A stretch of DNA of 64,000 bases from the human T2T-CHM13v2.0 reference genome, Homo sapiens: the NCBI RefSeq assembly GCF_009914755.1, contig NC_060930.1. The stretch is one strand, 5' to 3'. How positions within the stretch are numbered: position 1 is the stretch's first letter; every line of letters begins with the position of its first letter. The position numbers were made by a program, and so were the translations under genes. This document shows, piece after piece, positions 15,100 through 29,109 of the stretch. The notes under the pieces were generated by a model. The model was not told the origin of the DNA, searched no databases, and was given only the letters and a program-made list of their open reading frames with translations.

Positions 15100-17003
15100 T
15101 CATTGTTTTCACTTCCACATATCCTATTCACTCCTCAATCCGGTTTCCTGCTCCACCATAATCCCATTACCAACAACATGTCGTTAAATCAAACACACAT
15201 CTTCCTTTGGACTTCAACTTTGCTTGACCTTTGAGCAGAATTTTGGCACTTTTATCATTCCTTGATTTCCCTGACATCACTCCTTCCTGGTTTTCTTCCT
15301 ACCTCTGTTCACACTTCATTATCCTCTGTAGAGTTACCTTCCTCTACCTGAACTTCAGGCACTGGTGATTCTGAGTTTGGCCATGGGCCCAATGCCTTTC
15401 CCACAATTCTCATCTACCCATGGTGTCCTTATCCATGCTTGTGTCTTTCATTATCTGCCATATGGAGTCATTTCCCTCAAGAATGCCTCAGTCTTATTTC
15501 CAGCTATCCACTAAACATGTACTCTTATCTCATGGAAACACAAAACCATGCATTTCTAAACCTGTTATTATATTATTCCCCAAACCCAATATTTCTAGAG
15601 ATTTCTACATTAGCAAACCTTTCATTCAATTTTCCCTTGTGCAAGGCAAACTCTGTTTCCTGCTTCACCCATTCCCAGTTGCATCTATTCAAGTGTCAAA
15701 TCTATTTTACCTTTTACAAATTATTCAATGTAAATTAGTTCAGCCACTTTGCAAAGCAGTTTGGAGATTTCTCAAAGAACTTAAAACAGAACTACCATTC
15801 AACCCAGCAATCCCATTACTGCGTATAAAGCCAAAGGAAAAAAAGACACAAACACTTGTTGTTTATCACAGTGCTATTCATGATAGCAAAGACATGGAAT
15901 CAACCTAGGTCATCAGTGGCTGATTGGATAAAGAAAATGTGGTCCATATACACCATGGAATACTATGCAGCCATGAAAAAGATGAAATCATGTCCTTCAC
16001 AGCAACATGGATACAGCTGGAGGCCATTACCATAAGTGAAGTAATGCAAAAGCAGGAAACCATATATCACATGTTCTCAATTATAAGTGCAAGCTAAACA
16101 TTGGATACTCATGGGCATAAAGATGGCAACAATAGACACTGGAGACTACTAGAAGGGAGAGGAAGAGAGGGGGGCAAGGGTTGAAAAACTAAGTGTTGGG
16201 TACTATGCTCACTATCTGGGTGACAAGATCATTCATATCCTGAACCCCAGCATCGCCCAATATACCCATGTAGCAAACCTGCATATGTCCCTTCTGAATC
16301 TAAATCTAAAATAAAATTTGAAATTATAAAAATAAATAAATAAATACATATTATTCAAGATACTTTACTCCTTCCATTCTCACTTTCACTCTTCTAGCCA
16401 CAGCAATGTCATTTCTTGCCTTCACAATAGTAGCCAACCCTCACTGGCCGCTCTGCTTCCAGCCTCTGGTCTTTAACTAATTCTCCATACTGTTCTAGAG
16501 TTTCTCATGTCACTCTTCTTTTAAAAATACTTTAATGGCTTTATAGTGTGGTTTAGGTAAATTTCAAACTCTAAATTAGCTTACAAAACTCTGTATGATC
16601 TGATCTCTCCCTTCCTCCTACCTCATTTGATCCACTAGGAGAGTGGAGAGCCACTCTATGGCTCTAGCAATGACAGAGCTTCCTGGAATGCTATTACTGT
16701 CCACCACATCTTCTTTCTTTTCTTCTGGCTGCTGTTCATCCTGCAGCCCTCAGCCCCAACATCATTCTTTTAGAGGGGCTTCCCTGGCCCTCAGGCTATA
16801 TTCGGTTTTGCACTCCCATTGCACCTAGCATTTTTCTTATCATAATATCCATCAAACATTATGGTAATTGACCATTGTATTGTCTTCCCCACTGAACTGA
16901 GAGCTCCATGAGCACAGGGTTTATGGAAACACGCTCGCCCCTATATTTGCAAAGTGTTGTGTCTTATCATGTAAGTTCTCAATAAATACTTGCTGAACAA
17001 ATG
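15100..17003 (+). mobile_element. Decayed L2 LINE, split by L1 insertion
   Basis: CTCCTTCCTGGTTTTCTTCCTACCTC, CCCCACTGAACTGAGAGCTCCATGAG, L2 3' end CTCAATAAATACTTGCTGAACAAATGA. Confidence 0.75.
15729..16346 (+). mobile_element. 3' fragment of L1PA/L1PB LINE-1
   Basis: CKLVQPLCKAVWRFLKELKTELPFNPAIPLL (ORF2p C-terminal) plus 3' UTR and A-tail; TSD ATTATTCAA. Confidence 0.9.
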
Positions 17004-17180
17004 AGCCCAAGATAACCACATAAAACCAGGGTGTCTAAGGTAGCTGGCCATGAAGCGGTACCTTCAGTCCCTCTACTTTGATCCTGTTGTTTATTCTCTG
17101 TTTCACCCATGTCAGGGACAGTGAGTGCATGGTATATAATCTGATTAGAAGCTCATGGAAAAAAATTGATTAATAATATA

Positions 17181-17970
17181 ATTTTTTTAATGTTTATTTT
17201 AGGTTCGGGGATACATGCGAAGGTTTGTTAAACAGGTAAACTCAGGTCATAGGGGTTTGTTGTACGGATTATTTCATCATCTAGGTATTAAACCCGGTAC
17301 TAAATAGTTATCTTTTTTGTTCCTCTCCCTCTTTCCACCCTCCACCCTTAAGTAGACCCCAGTGTCTGTTATTTTTTTCTTTGTGTTCATAAGTTCTCAT
17401 CATTTAGCTCCCATTCATAGGTGACAACATGAAGTATTTGGTTTTCTGTTCCTACGTTGGTTTGCTGAGGAGTTAGTTTGCTGAGGATGATGGCCTCCAG
17501 CTCCATCCGTGTTCTTGCAAAAGACATGATCTCATTCTTTTTTATGGCTGCATAGTATTCCATGGTGTATATGTACCACACTTTCTTTGTCCAATCTGTC
17601 ATTGATGGGTACTTCGGTTGATTTCATGTCTTTGCTATTATGAATACTGCTGCAATGAACATTTGCTTTATGCTAGAGTGATTTTTATTCCTCTGAGTAT
17701 ATACCCAGTAATGAGATTGCAGGGCCAAATGGTAGCTGTGCTTTTAGCTCTTTGAAGAATCACCATACTGCTTTCCACAATGGTTGAATGAATTTACTCT
17801 CTCACCAACAGTGTGTAAATATTCCCTTTTCTCTGCAACCTCACCAGCATGTTATTCTTTTACTTTTTAATTATAGACATTCTGACTAGTGTGAGATGGT
17901 ATCTCATTGTGATTTTTATTCGCATTTCTCTAATGAATAGTGATATTGAGCTTTTTTCATATGCTTGTTG
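17181..17970 (-). mobile_element. 3' fragment of L1PA LINE-1
   Basis: Minus ORF 17387-17602 WYIYTMEYYAAIKKNEIMSFA; T-rich tail at left. Confidence 0.92.
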
Positions 17971-17974
17971 CAGC

Positions 17975-18530
17975 ATAATAACCGAATTTTTCAATCCTAA
18001 AATAAAAAGAAATCTAATCCAGACAGAAATGTCTGGAGGAAACTTGACCATTATCTCATAGACTTAATAAGAAATAAACACAAGCTAATAGTCTCTTGTC
18101 TAATTCATAATATTATGAAATCCAAAAATAGATTTAATGGAGATAACATAGGATAAAAATATAAATAGCTAGACTAACCTATAAATTTTGTTATTATCAA
18201 AATATTTATAGGAAAAAATCAAACATCATAAAATTTAGAGTAGCAAATTTTGACCTCAGAAAATCAGACTTCGTAGAAATAATAACTATAAAAGAGAAAA
18301 CTGTAAATGAAAGAACTTATATCTGATAAAAAGTTAATTTGGATTTCAGAAGGAATCAAGTAAAATCCATAGTAAAATTAATTGAGCCCACTGAAAATAA
18401 TTTTAGTAAGACAAAAATGGTAAAAGATAAGAATTCAAAATTATTTGACTGCTTTTCAGAGATAAGTAAACACTAAGCTGGCTTAGTGAATTTTTACCTG
18501 GAAAATAATATTTTGGCAACATTATATTAC
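17975..18530 (+). mobile_element. Highly decayed L1M ORF2-like A-rich fragment
   Basis: A-rich L1-like composition only. Confidence 0.35.
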
Positions 18531-19156
18531 TAAATACATACATATGTGTGTATATATATACACACACACACATATGCACACATACCCCCATATATATTAT
18601 ATGTATGTAATACATAGTTAATTGTGTCAACATCCTTGGAGAAAAGAGTAAAATCAGCTGGGTCAAAATAATAGAAATCAAAAGTTTCTGTGATCAAGGT
18701 GTTGTCTTTTATGGCCAATCTCACTATAATGTCAAGTGAGAATCAGAGAATTGCTTATTGAGCACGAAGTCTAAAGGAAAATAATTAATTCAGATTAAAG
18801 TATTAATATTAGATAGCAATAGCCTAAAAAGGTTATGTGTTCCTCTTTGTAGCCAGGACTAGACAACCCAAATTCTTTGGTTTCATATTTCCTGTTTTCA
18901 AAAGTATTTTTTTGTGTGTGCCAGATTTAGAATGCAAATTTTACCACTTTACTCCCAACATTAAACTTTTAACTACCAAAAGACTGGTTCTCTCATTTAC
19001 TCACAAATAGTGTCACACGCAATCCCTTCTTTGCAGTTTTGCTCCCTCTCTGCAATTCTCTCCTGTCCTTTTATCCATGTCTAAATCCATGCTTTCTGCT
19101 TCATAATGTCTACGCTGATCAACACAGCCTTACATTATCTCACCACTCTGCTTTGA

Positions 19157-19472
<316 letters not shown>

Positions 19473-19914
19473 ATGAATTCCTAAACAATTTTTATAATGT
19501 TTACAGATAGTTTCCTGACATTTTCATTTGCCATGTTTTTAAGAAATAGCACTTTATGGGGAGGAGAGTATTCTGTCTATTTCTCCTAACTAAATAATGA
19601 GTTCCTTGAAAAAAGGGGAAGACGATGCCTTAGCTCTGCATCTCTCATACTGTCTTGAATGTCACAGGCAACTGACGTAAGCCTTTTAGATTCTGAAACA
19701 AATGGAAATATCTTTGGAGAACATTTTATCCTGAGAGATGCATTTCTCCATGAAAACTTAGCAGAAAATGGAAATATTCTATTTAATTTAAACTAATTAA
19801 ATAGTTTAAACTTTAATAGTTTAAATATTTAAACTAATTTAAAGAGAATATTTAAATTAAATATTCTATTTAATTAATAACTTCACCTAAAAAAATTTAT
19901 TAGAAGATACAGAC

Positions 19915-20225
19915 CAGAGATTACAAACTAATAGCCTTTGGCCACAGACATGTGTTCAGCACTCAAATAATGCTGTTTTCAGCTTAATTCATTGTCAATC
20001 TTTGAAAATCAGAAAAATTCATATTAAAATCTACATTTCTACTTTCTCTTGAAAAATCAGAAGCGTTGGCAATACTGGGTTCATGTGGTTCAGCATACCA
20101 AAGATTGTCTAACTCAAACGTGGCTAGCCCTTTGAGGTGTTTTTTCACCATATTCTCTTCTCAGCTTTCTTCACTAGTTTTCTATTACTTGCCTGATTTA
20201 AATAGCCATTTGGGGTTATCTCACC
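19915..20225. mobile_element. hAT-Charlie MITE (MER102-like)
   Basis: AAAATCAGAAAATTCATATTAAAATCTACATTTCT..TCTCTTGAAAAATCAGAAG..TGGCAATACTGGG. Confidence 0.65.
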
Positions 20226-21211
20226 GACTCTTTATGTTATTCTGAAGGGATGATAATGTTTATAGTTGGTCTTAGAATAACATTTTCCAAGAAACAAAAC
20301 TTCCTTGTCATCAGAAATGTGCCTTGCTTTTCCATCCTCAGACAGGTCAAATAAATTACAACTCAGATCCCATTCTACTGATGCTTGCGGCAATCCATAT
20401 AAAAGGCAACATTCTGAGTATTCAAGGAGAGAAACCAAGCTACCACTTACGTGATGAAATCATAGCACGGCTCAAGAAAAAAGGGAAGATATCATTAGTC
20501 ACCCAGACAGAATGTAAGATCTGCAGGAACTGGCAAAAAGTTCACTAAAATTACAGCAGAAAGGAGCACATGTTTGCTCAAGAAACACACAGACGTTTAG
20601 ATCCAGCAAAGACAGAATGCTAGCCCAGCTCTGAGAACAATTGTTTATGCTCTCACATGGAGGATACCTAATTTAGAAAGCTGTAATGAACCTCGATTGT
20701 CAGGAAATTCTCAGAAACACTGTGAGGCGCAATCCACACCAAATGACACAAAGATTCAGTGGTTTATAAAAAGTTGGTTGACTTATCATAAGAATATGTT
20801 GGGGGTAAAATCCAGAAAGGCAGAAAGAAGAACTGTGTTTAATCAAGAGGAAGTGGAGAAAATTATATACATGTATTTTTATATAGAAAAGAAGGAGAGG
20901 ATATTTAAAGCCTTTTGGTAAACATCAAATCCAAGAAGCCTGTGTCTGTCTCTCACTGAGGATATTGTAAAGATTTGAAGTAGGAAAGAATATACCACTG
21001 AAAGAAGCACAGTCTTTGGATTCTAACCTCTGTCCCAAAACTATCAGACCATGGAGTTTTTAACAAGTTGTTTAGTGAAAAAGTGCTGCCCAAAAAGACT
21101 TGGGAGACTCTTAATTCCCCTGTTTGTACATCAAGAAACTACAATCTAGATAGGCTGCATGATATGCTGAGGTCGTCATGCATTCAGCAATTATTTACTG
21201 GATACCTCCTC

Positions 21212-21516
<305 letters not shown>

Positions 21517-21629
21517 CAGATACCTCTTTTTGATGTACAAAGATTAGTTAGCCGAAGTCATTGCACTCAGATATCATAAAATCTATCAGGGAGAAAGGGC
21601 AGGAGCCCCAAAACCATATGTATTAATAG

Positions 21630-22750
21630 AATAATAATGTTAATGATAATAATAGTTTTCAGTTACCATATGCTGCAATGTTTCAAATGCTGTGTTATGT
21701 GATGAATTTCGATCACCTCATTTATTCTTCCAAACTTCCTACATGTAGGTCTAACCATCCATACATTAAAGATGCAGCGATTAAAGCTTAGAAATTAAAC
21801 ACATTATTCTTTCATTCAATAAATAATTCTAATTCAAGCTATTTGAAATATATACCTATATATGCATATATATGTCCAGTAGGAATAAGTGGTATGAAGA
21901 AAAATAAAGTAAGGCAATAGGATAAGAAGAGAAGAAAGGTTTCTCTAAGAGGTGATACTTGAGAAGAGACTTAAAGAAAGTGAGGAAAAGAGTCATTTGG
22001 GGAAAGAATATTTGAGGCACAAGAAGAGAAAGAATAAAAGCCCTGGGTGAGAGTATATATAAGAAATATTAGTTCCCTCTTTCCCATTTCTTAGGAGATA
22101 AGATAAATTGGACTCGAATCCTTCCCTCAAGAAACTTATAATTTACTAGAAGGGTAGAACTTGTGCACTAATATAAAAAAAAATGGTAGAATATAAAAGA
22201 GATAGAAATGAAATTAAAAGTCAAAAGAGATGGATATTTTGTTCAACTTGGAAACAGGGGACCACTGCAGGTTGGAAAAGATTGAAAACCTCTCAGAAGT
22301 GGCTTTGGAACTTACCTTTAAGAATAAGTAATATTTATCCAAGTAATATTTGGATAGGGGGTAGATTCTCAAGAATGAGGAATACTTTCTAACCAGTGGC
22401 TAGAACTTTGCAGAAAAAGTAGAAAAATGCTCTTTGGGAAGAGGATTACAGAAAAAAGTAATTTCAACTTGGCCAGAACATAGCAGGGATGAGCACAAAA
22501 AGAGAGAAAAAACATTTGGAAACACTAAAGGAGGTGTATTCAGTCCAAGCTAAGGCACTTGGAAGTAAATCTAGTAGGAGTTGATGACTTATTGAATGTA
22601 AACATTGAGAGGAAAGGATGAAGTGAAGATGACACTGATGTTTTGCACCTTGGTGACGAGGAGAAAGACGAATAGAAATAGGGAAATCAGGAAGAGGAGC
22701 AGGTTGGTGACCTGGAAGACGATGTGTTTAGTATGTTAAATATGAGCTCT
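21630..22750 (-). mobile_element. Cluster of decayed MIR and L2 fragments
   Basis: MIR-like 21630-21795; L2-like CATTCAATAAATA, GAGGTGATACTTGAG, GAAGATGACACTGATGTTTTG. Confidence 0.5.
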
Positions 22751-22754
22751 TAGA

Positions 22755-22932
22755 GCAGTGGTTCTCAATAATTCACATGCATCAAACTTAAAGGGAGTGC
22801 TCATGAAAAACTGATTTCTGGGCTCCACCTGTGGGAGTTTCCAAATCATAAATACATTAGATTTTTCATATTTAGCAAATTCCCAAGTAATTTTGATGCT
22901 GCTGGAGCAGAGACTACCCTTTGAGAACCACT
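22755..22932. mobile_element. MER5 hAT MITE
   Basis: TIRs CAGTGGTTCTCAA ... TTGAGAACCACT. Confidence 0.85.
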
Positions 22933-23221
22933 ATCTTGGAAGAATATTTAGGCTGACACAGACAGAGGAAAATGCAGGACTAGGAAGAAGTTGCCCTGTG
23001 AGTGGCAACGAATCCAATGGGAGCCCAGAGAAAAGTGACAAAGTTTTGCAAAGGTCACTGTGGGCATCTTCTTAGAGAAATGGATGACAACCTAAGTCAT
23101 CTATTTAGATTTCTCTCCATTTCATTGTCACACATTTTCTGTTCTTAACATGCCAATGACATAGCAACTATCCTAGGATTAAGAGTATATGTTTCCAAAT
23201 TACTTTGAAAGTGTTCTGGAA

Positions 23222-23719
23222 AGCACGATCCAATAGGAACATAATGCTAGCTACATACATAATTTTTAAATTATCTAGTACATTCATTTAAAATAGTAAC
23301 AAAAGGGAAAAGAGTAACATGAAATTATGCGCAAAATATATTCAATCCAAAATGCCGTAAATATAACAAATTATTAAAATGATATTTTACTTTTTTTTTA
23401 TTAAGTCTTTGAAATCTAGTGTATATTTTACACTTAGAGGCCATCTCAGCTTGGACTAGCCACTATGCAAATATTCAATAGCCCCTCCTCTTCTGGGAGG
23501 TTTTCAATCTTTTCCAACCTGCAGTGGTCTCCTGTTGCCAAGTTAAACAAAATATCTACCTCTTTTGACTTGTAATTTCATTTCTCTCTTTTGTATTCTA
23601 CCATGTTTTGATATTTGTGCATTTGTTTTACTCTTCTAGTAAGTTATTAGTTTCTTGAGGAAAGGATTCAAGTTCGCATCCTTACTATAACACAGTGGCT
23701 ATCATAGTGGACAATGCAG
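23222..23719. mobile_element. MER33 hAT MITE with about 210 bp of foreign sequence near one end
   Basis: TCCAATAGGAACATAATGC..; TGAAATCTAGTGTATATTTTACACTTA..GGACTAGCCAC..CAATAGCC; terminal GTGGCTATCATAGTGGACAATGCAG at 23695-23719. Confidence 0.7.
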
Positions 23720-23829
23720 CACTAGAATCATGTGATGGAAATGCCTAATAATGACAGAGTTATATATGTCTGTGATTTAAGAGCAGCAGTCATGAAAATA
23801 GGACCAAACGTAACTTAAATGTTACTGAA

Positions 23830-24335
23830 TGTGACGGTTAATTTTAAGTGACAACTTGATTGGATTAAGAGATACCCTGATAGCTAGTAAAGGAAAAGTT
23901 TGGCATGTGTGTGTAGGAGTGTTTCTGGAAGAGATTGGCATTTATGTCAGTGGACCAAGGACAGAGATCTGCCTTCACCCAATATGGGCAAACACCATTC
24001 AATTCATTGAGGGCCTCGATAGAACAAAAGGGCAGAGGAAAGGTGAATTTGTGTGTGCTCTCTCTCTCTCTTGCATGCTCTTTTGCAGCTGGGATACCCT
24101 TTACCTCCTGCCCTTTGGACATTAGGACTCCAGATTCGTTAGCCTTGAATACTGGAGTTACATCAGCAGTCCCCTAGAATCTCAGGCCTTCAGCCTCGGA
24201 CTGAGCTGTGCCACTAGCTTCCCTGGTTCTCCAGCTTGTGAATGACACAGTGGGACTTAGTCTTCATAATTGCATCAACCAGTTCCCAAAAGAAATTCCT
24301 TCTCATATATTTATATATGAGAGAGAAAGATAGAT

Positions 24336-24380
<45 letters not shown>

Positions 24381-24463
24381 GATAGATAGATAGATAGGAA
24401 GACAGACGGATGGATGGAGTTATCTTACTGGTTCTGTTTCTTTAAAGAACTCTGACTAAAATA
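23830..24463 (+). mobile_element. MLT2B-type ERVL solo LTR
   Basis: TGTGACGGTTAATTTT..CAACTTGATTGGATTAAG start, GGTTCTGTTTCT..GAACTCTGACTAA end; near-TSD CTGAA/CTGAT. Confidence 0.88.
24328..24397. repeat. (AGAT)n tetranucleotide STR inside MLT2
   Basis: Direct read, with small interruptions. Confidence 0.97.
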
Positions 24464-25458
24464 CTGATCTTAATTTGTTTAGGCCAGGACAGAAGCCAGG
24501 AAAGGTACGTGAAGAGAGAAGCAAGGATAAGTGTAAATAGAAGTAAACTGACTTCTCTTCCAGCCATGATGGAGTAACAGAAATCAGATTTACCCTCCTG
24601 ACTGAAAGATCAAAAAAAACCCTGACAAAATACATAAAACAGTGGTCATTATATATTAGATATTATATATACAGTACAGGATATAAGTCCTGAGAGGGAA
24701 GAAATAGACAAGGTAAGACTTATGAAGGCATCTGCTTAGAGTTGGGAGAGTTTCTAGGTCATAATAGGGCAGGGAAAGGGAGCCCAAATGGAGGCTAGAA
24801 ATCTCTGTGAATTGAGAACATTCAGTTCAAAGCCTGGAGAGGACCAGGAAAGAAGAGGTTGTGGGGAAGATCATGGGAGAAGACAGAATGCATAGAAAGA
24901 GAATTCCAGAAATCCCCTGAGCAGCTCAGGTGAATCTATGACTGAGTACTGTAAGAAAATGACTAGGCACGGGAGGGAAAAATCACCCTAAAGTATTAGA
25001 AGGAACAATCTGTGGAACTTACACAGAGTTGGGAATAGTTTGTGTTCATTCTAGCAAGTGAATAAAAACCTCATAATTCACAGGACATTAAGTAGAGAAC
25101 ACAGAAGGCATTAACTCATAGTGGGAAGAAATCAGCCCTAAACCAAGGCTGCTCCGATTCACATAATAAAGCTGAAAAGTAATCCTCAAAAGAATAAAAC
25201 TATTACCAAATAATTTCACTTTGTCTTGGAGTAAAATTCAAGAATATTTATAGAAATTCAAAAATATCTATCACCAAACAAAATAACATACACAATGTCT
25301 GGCATCCAATAAAAATTATCAGGCATACAAAGGAGCTAGAAATATGACCCATTATGAGGAGGGGTGAAAAATCAATGAATGAGACTCAGAAATTTCAAAT
25401 TTCAAAGATGACAGAATTAGTAGACAAGGAAATTAAAAGTATTATTATAATTGAATTT

Positions 25459-25798
25459 TGTCTCAGTCAGTCAAGGTTTCTATAAGAGAATGCCATAGAC
25501 TTGGTGGCTTAAACAACAGAAATTCACTTCTCATAGTTCTGGAGGCTGGGAATTATGAAAGCTGGTTTCCAGCATGATCAGGTTCTGGTGAGGGCCTTCT
25601 TCCTGGTTTGTAGATGGCTACTTTCTCATTGTGTCCTCACATGGCAGAGCATGAGAAAGAGAGAGCAGTCAGGTCACTCTTCCTCCCCTTACCAGGTCCA
25701 AACCTCTTAGAGGCCATACCTCCAAATTCTATAAATCCACATTAGGGTTTAAGGCTTTAACATGTGAATTTTGGGGGGTACACGTTCAGTCCATAGCA
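25459..25798 (-). mobile_element. MLT1A/MSTD-type MaLR LTR
   Basis: GGTGGCTTAAACAACAGAAATT..CAGTCCATAGCA. Confidence 0.85.
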
Positions 25799-25841
25799 TA
25801 TTCCTTATATTCAAAAAGGAAGAGAAAAATTGAGCGTGTGA

Positions 25842-26199
<358 letters not shown>

Positions 26200-26579
26200 A
26201 AGAATATATTTTTTAAAAGACTTCTAGAGATGCTAACTACAATGGGTGGGATTAACAGTAGGTTAGACATCGCAAAAAAAAAAAGTCTGTAAACTTGAAG
26301 ACATAACAAAACAAAATGTACAAAGTGAAACAGAAAATAGAAATAAAAGTTGAAGAGCATTAGTGAGCTATGGGGCAAGTGAAAGTAGTCTAACATATGT
26401 GTAATTGGAGTTCTCAAAGATGAGGGGACTGGAAGAAAACATATTTGAAAAAATTATAGCTGAAAATATTTCATGTTTGAAGAAAACAATAAATGCACAT
26501 GTCCGAGAATCTCAATGAACTCCAAATACACAGAACATAAAGGATATTACACCAAGCAATAGCACAATCAGATTGCTAA

Positions 26580-26903
26580 CATCTTGGTCTGCTCAGGCTG
26601 CCATAACAAAATACCATAAACTGGGTGACTTACATAATCAAAAGGTGTTTTCTTACAGTTCTGGAGACTGGAAATTTAAGATCAAGATGTTAGCAGGGTC
26701 AGTGTCTAGTGAGAACTCTTTCCTTGGGTTGCAGATGGCCAACTTCTTGCTATATGTCCTCACACAACCTTTCCATGGTGCATGCACACACAGAGAGAAG
26801 GTTCTGGTGTCTCTTCCTCTTTTAAAAAGGGCACTAATTCCATCACATTGGAGGTTAGGGTTTCAACATATGAATTTTCGGGGAACAAATTTCAGCCTAT
26901 AAT
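26580..26903 (-). mobile_element. MLT1A-type MaLR LTR
   Basis: CTCAGGCTGCCATAACAAAATACCATAAACTGGGTG..TTCAACATATGAATTTT. Confidence 0.85.
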
Positions 26904-27749
26904 ATCCAAAAAACAGTAATAATGAAAATATCTTAAAAGCAGCCAGAGAGAAAAGACAGATTAATATGGAGAAACAGAGATAAGGATGATGGCAGCTTTC
27001 TAATCAGGAACAATGCAAGCAAGACAGTGGAGCAATATCCTTAAAGTCCTGAAGGACAAAACTCTCAACCTTTTATGACGACCTTTAGACACGTTTTTCT
27101 TTAAATAAAAGGCAGGCTAAAATAGAAAAGATAAGTAGGGGTACAGAAAAGGCTTAATTAGGAATTATGGGCTTTTAGAGCAATGAGAAATAGATCTCTG
27201 CAGCTAGTTGTGTCATTTGAAGAACATACTTTTTCTCAATGCTTACAGAAGAATCTAGAATAAGAAAAGTCATTTAGAAACTCTATTTTCTCTCTCCCAT
27301 CTTGATTCTTATTATATTTGAAACAGGTGTCTCCAACCCAAACTTTATATAATAAGAGGTTATTTGCAAAGAGATTTTGGTACTTGTTAGAGGTCTAACA
27401 ACTTTCATTATGGTAAAATTTAGCTCTCACCACCTGCTTTGATCAAAACAAACATTGCAGAGTTCTTTTCATTGCCCCGCCAAAACCAACCAACAAACAA
27501 CACTTCAATTACTTTACATTCCTTCAAGTTGAATAATGCTGGTGGCTAGATAAGACTTTTCTGACTCCCTGTTCAGACTCTACCAACAAGAAAAGAAAAT
27601 GAGTATGTCATGTGCCAAACTTTCCATCGAATTCTGGTTCAATTTCTCAACTGTTTCATATTTCAACTTTAACATAATTAAGATGGTGACTCTCGAAGTA
27701 CCTTACAGAGAAATAAATTACTCACTTCTCTCTGCTAAACCATATAATA

Positions 27750-28070
27750 GAATTATAAAATGTTAGATCTGGGAAGGACCTTTATTTTACAGATGGAGAA
27801 CTGAGGAAAGTGAAGTGAACTCTCTGTGGTGCTAACAGGTTTTTGATGGTGGTTTCTCCATCAGAGGCAATGTGTTAACAATGGAAAAGGCACAGACTTT
27901 GGAGTTGGGTGGACCAGGATTTGAAGATTTGAAGTCTGTCTCCATGTACGATGTGTACATGGACAATTTACTTATCTCATTAAGCCTCACACTCGTTAAC
28001 CATAAAATGGAAATGTTAGCTAGTTATTTATAGTTGTAATAGAAATTAGTGATGACATATATACACATGC
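27750..28070. mobile_element. MIR fragments
   Basis: ATTTTACAGATGGAGAACTGAGG core; CACAGACTTTGGAGTTGG..TAAAATGG. Confidence 0.65.
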
Positions 28071-29109
28071 ATATATAATAGCAGGATCAAAACTTACGCA
28101 CTAACAATTGAGTTGCCTAAATATAACTTTATTCTTTATTTTTTTTTGTATCTAAATTCAACTCTTTCCTAAAGCTCCAATCTCCACAGAGTAATTTTAA
28201 TAAATCTACAGCAATCAGTGACCTTTAAAATCAGATTATTATTTCAGTTGCTTTCCAATTCTTAGCCACTTTGGGGAGCATCTTCAGTCTTTGGAGGTTT
28301 CTTCCCTTTCCCTATCTCTATTGTCAACTCCTAGGTTGATCTAAGTTCCCAGAGAGATTCATGTGTTGCCCTCTTCTGGCACCAGAGAAGAGTAAGCAAT
28401 CCCCATGGGCTTGAGTTGGAGGGATCTTATCCTCCTAATTTCTAGGCATGAGCCTGCCATGTCACGGGGCATCCTCAGCTGATACCACTGAAGTTGGTCT
28501 GGCCTCACTGGCCTTTTGCGCATTATGTCAACATCAGTCACTAAAGACAAGGAACTTAGTCATTGCCTCCAGATGGCAGCTCCCTGCCTTCTGCAGCTTC
28601 TTTATCTCCTATCTGGCTTTAGTCACTCTGTTCTCACTGTGCTTCCCTGCAGCCTCCTCAGGTGCTCAGAAACAATCAGCTGCTTTCCCTGAAACTCCCC
28701 TGAATCTTCTCTTGAGCCCACTTGCTAGAAGTCTTCCCTGGTCATGACAACTTGACCATTGCCATACTGTGCTGGTTTCTGGGACTCTCATATTTCCAAA
28801 TAGAATGTAGAATACACCTGCTTTCCAATTGTCTGAGGTTTATATTGCCTCACATCATCCATCATGCTGCAAAGCCAGGGAATGACATATGCTAGTTCCC
28901 AAGGAACTCAAGTAGTGTCTCTGCCCTTAGTCTAGTCTTCTCTAACTTGCCCCCCAAACTTCTCCCTAATTCCAGAGGGTATTTTGTTTCCCACCCTGTG
29001 GAGATGGTTGGAGGGGGGGGACTTCCTTTGTGCTGAACTTCATTTTTTTCCCTGCTATGTGATTTATACCATAGCCAAAGATTTTTTTTAGTTTCTTTAA
29101 ATCCTCTCA

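Noticed and set aside
15420-15908. 162-aa ORF, the longest in the window
   Set aside because: Chance read-through from decayed L2 into an L1 ORF2 3' fragment
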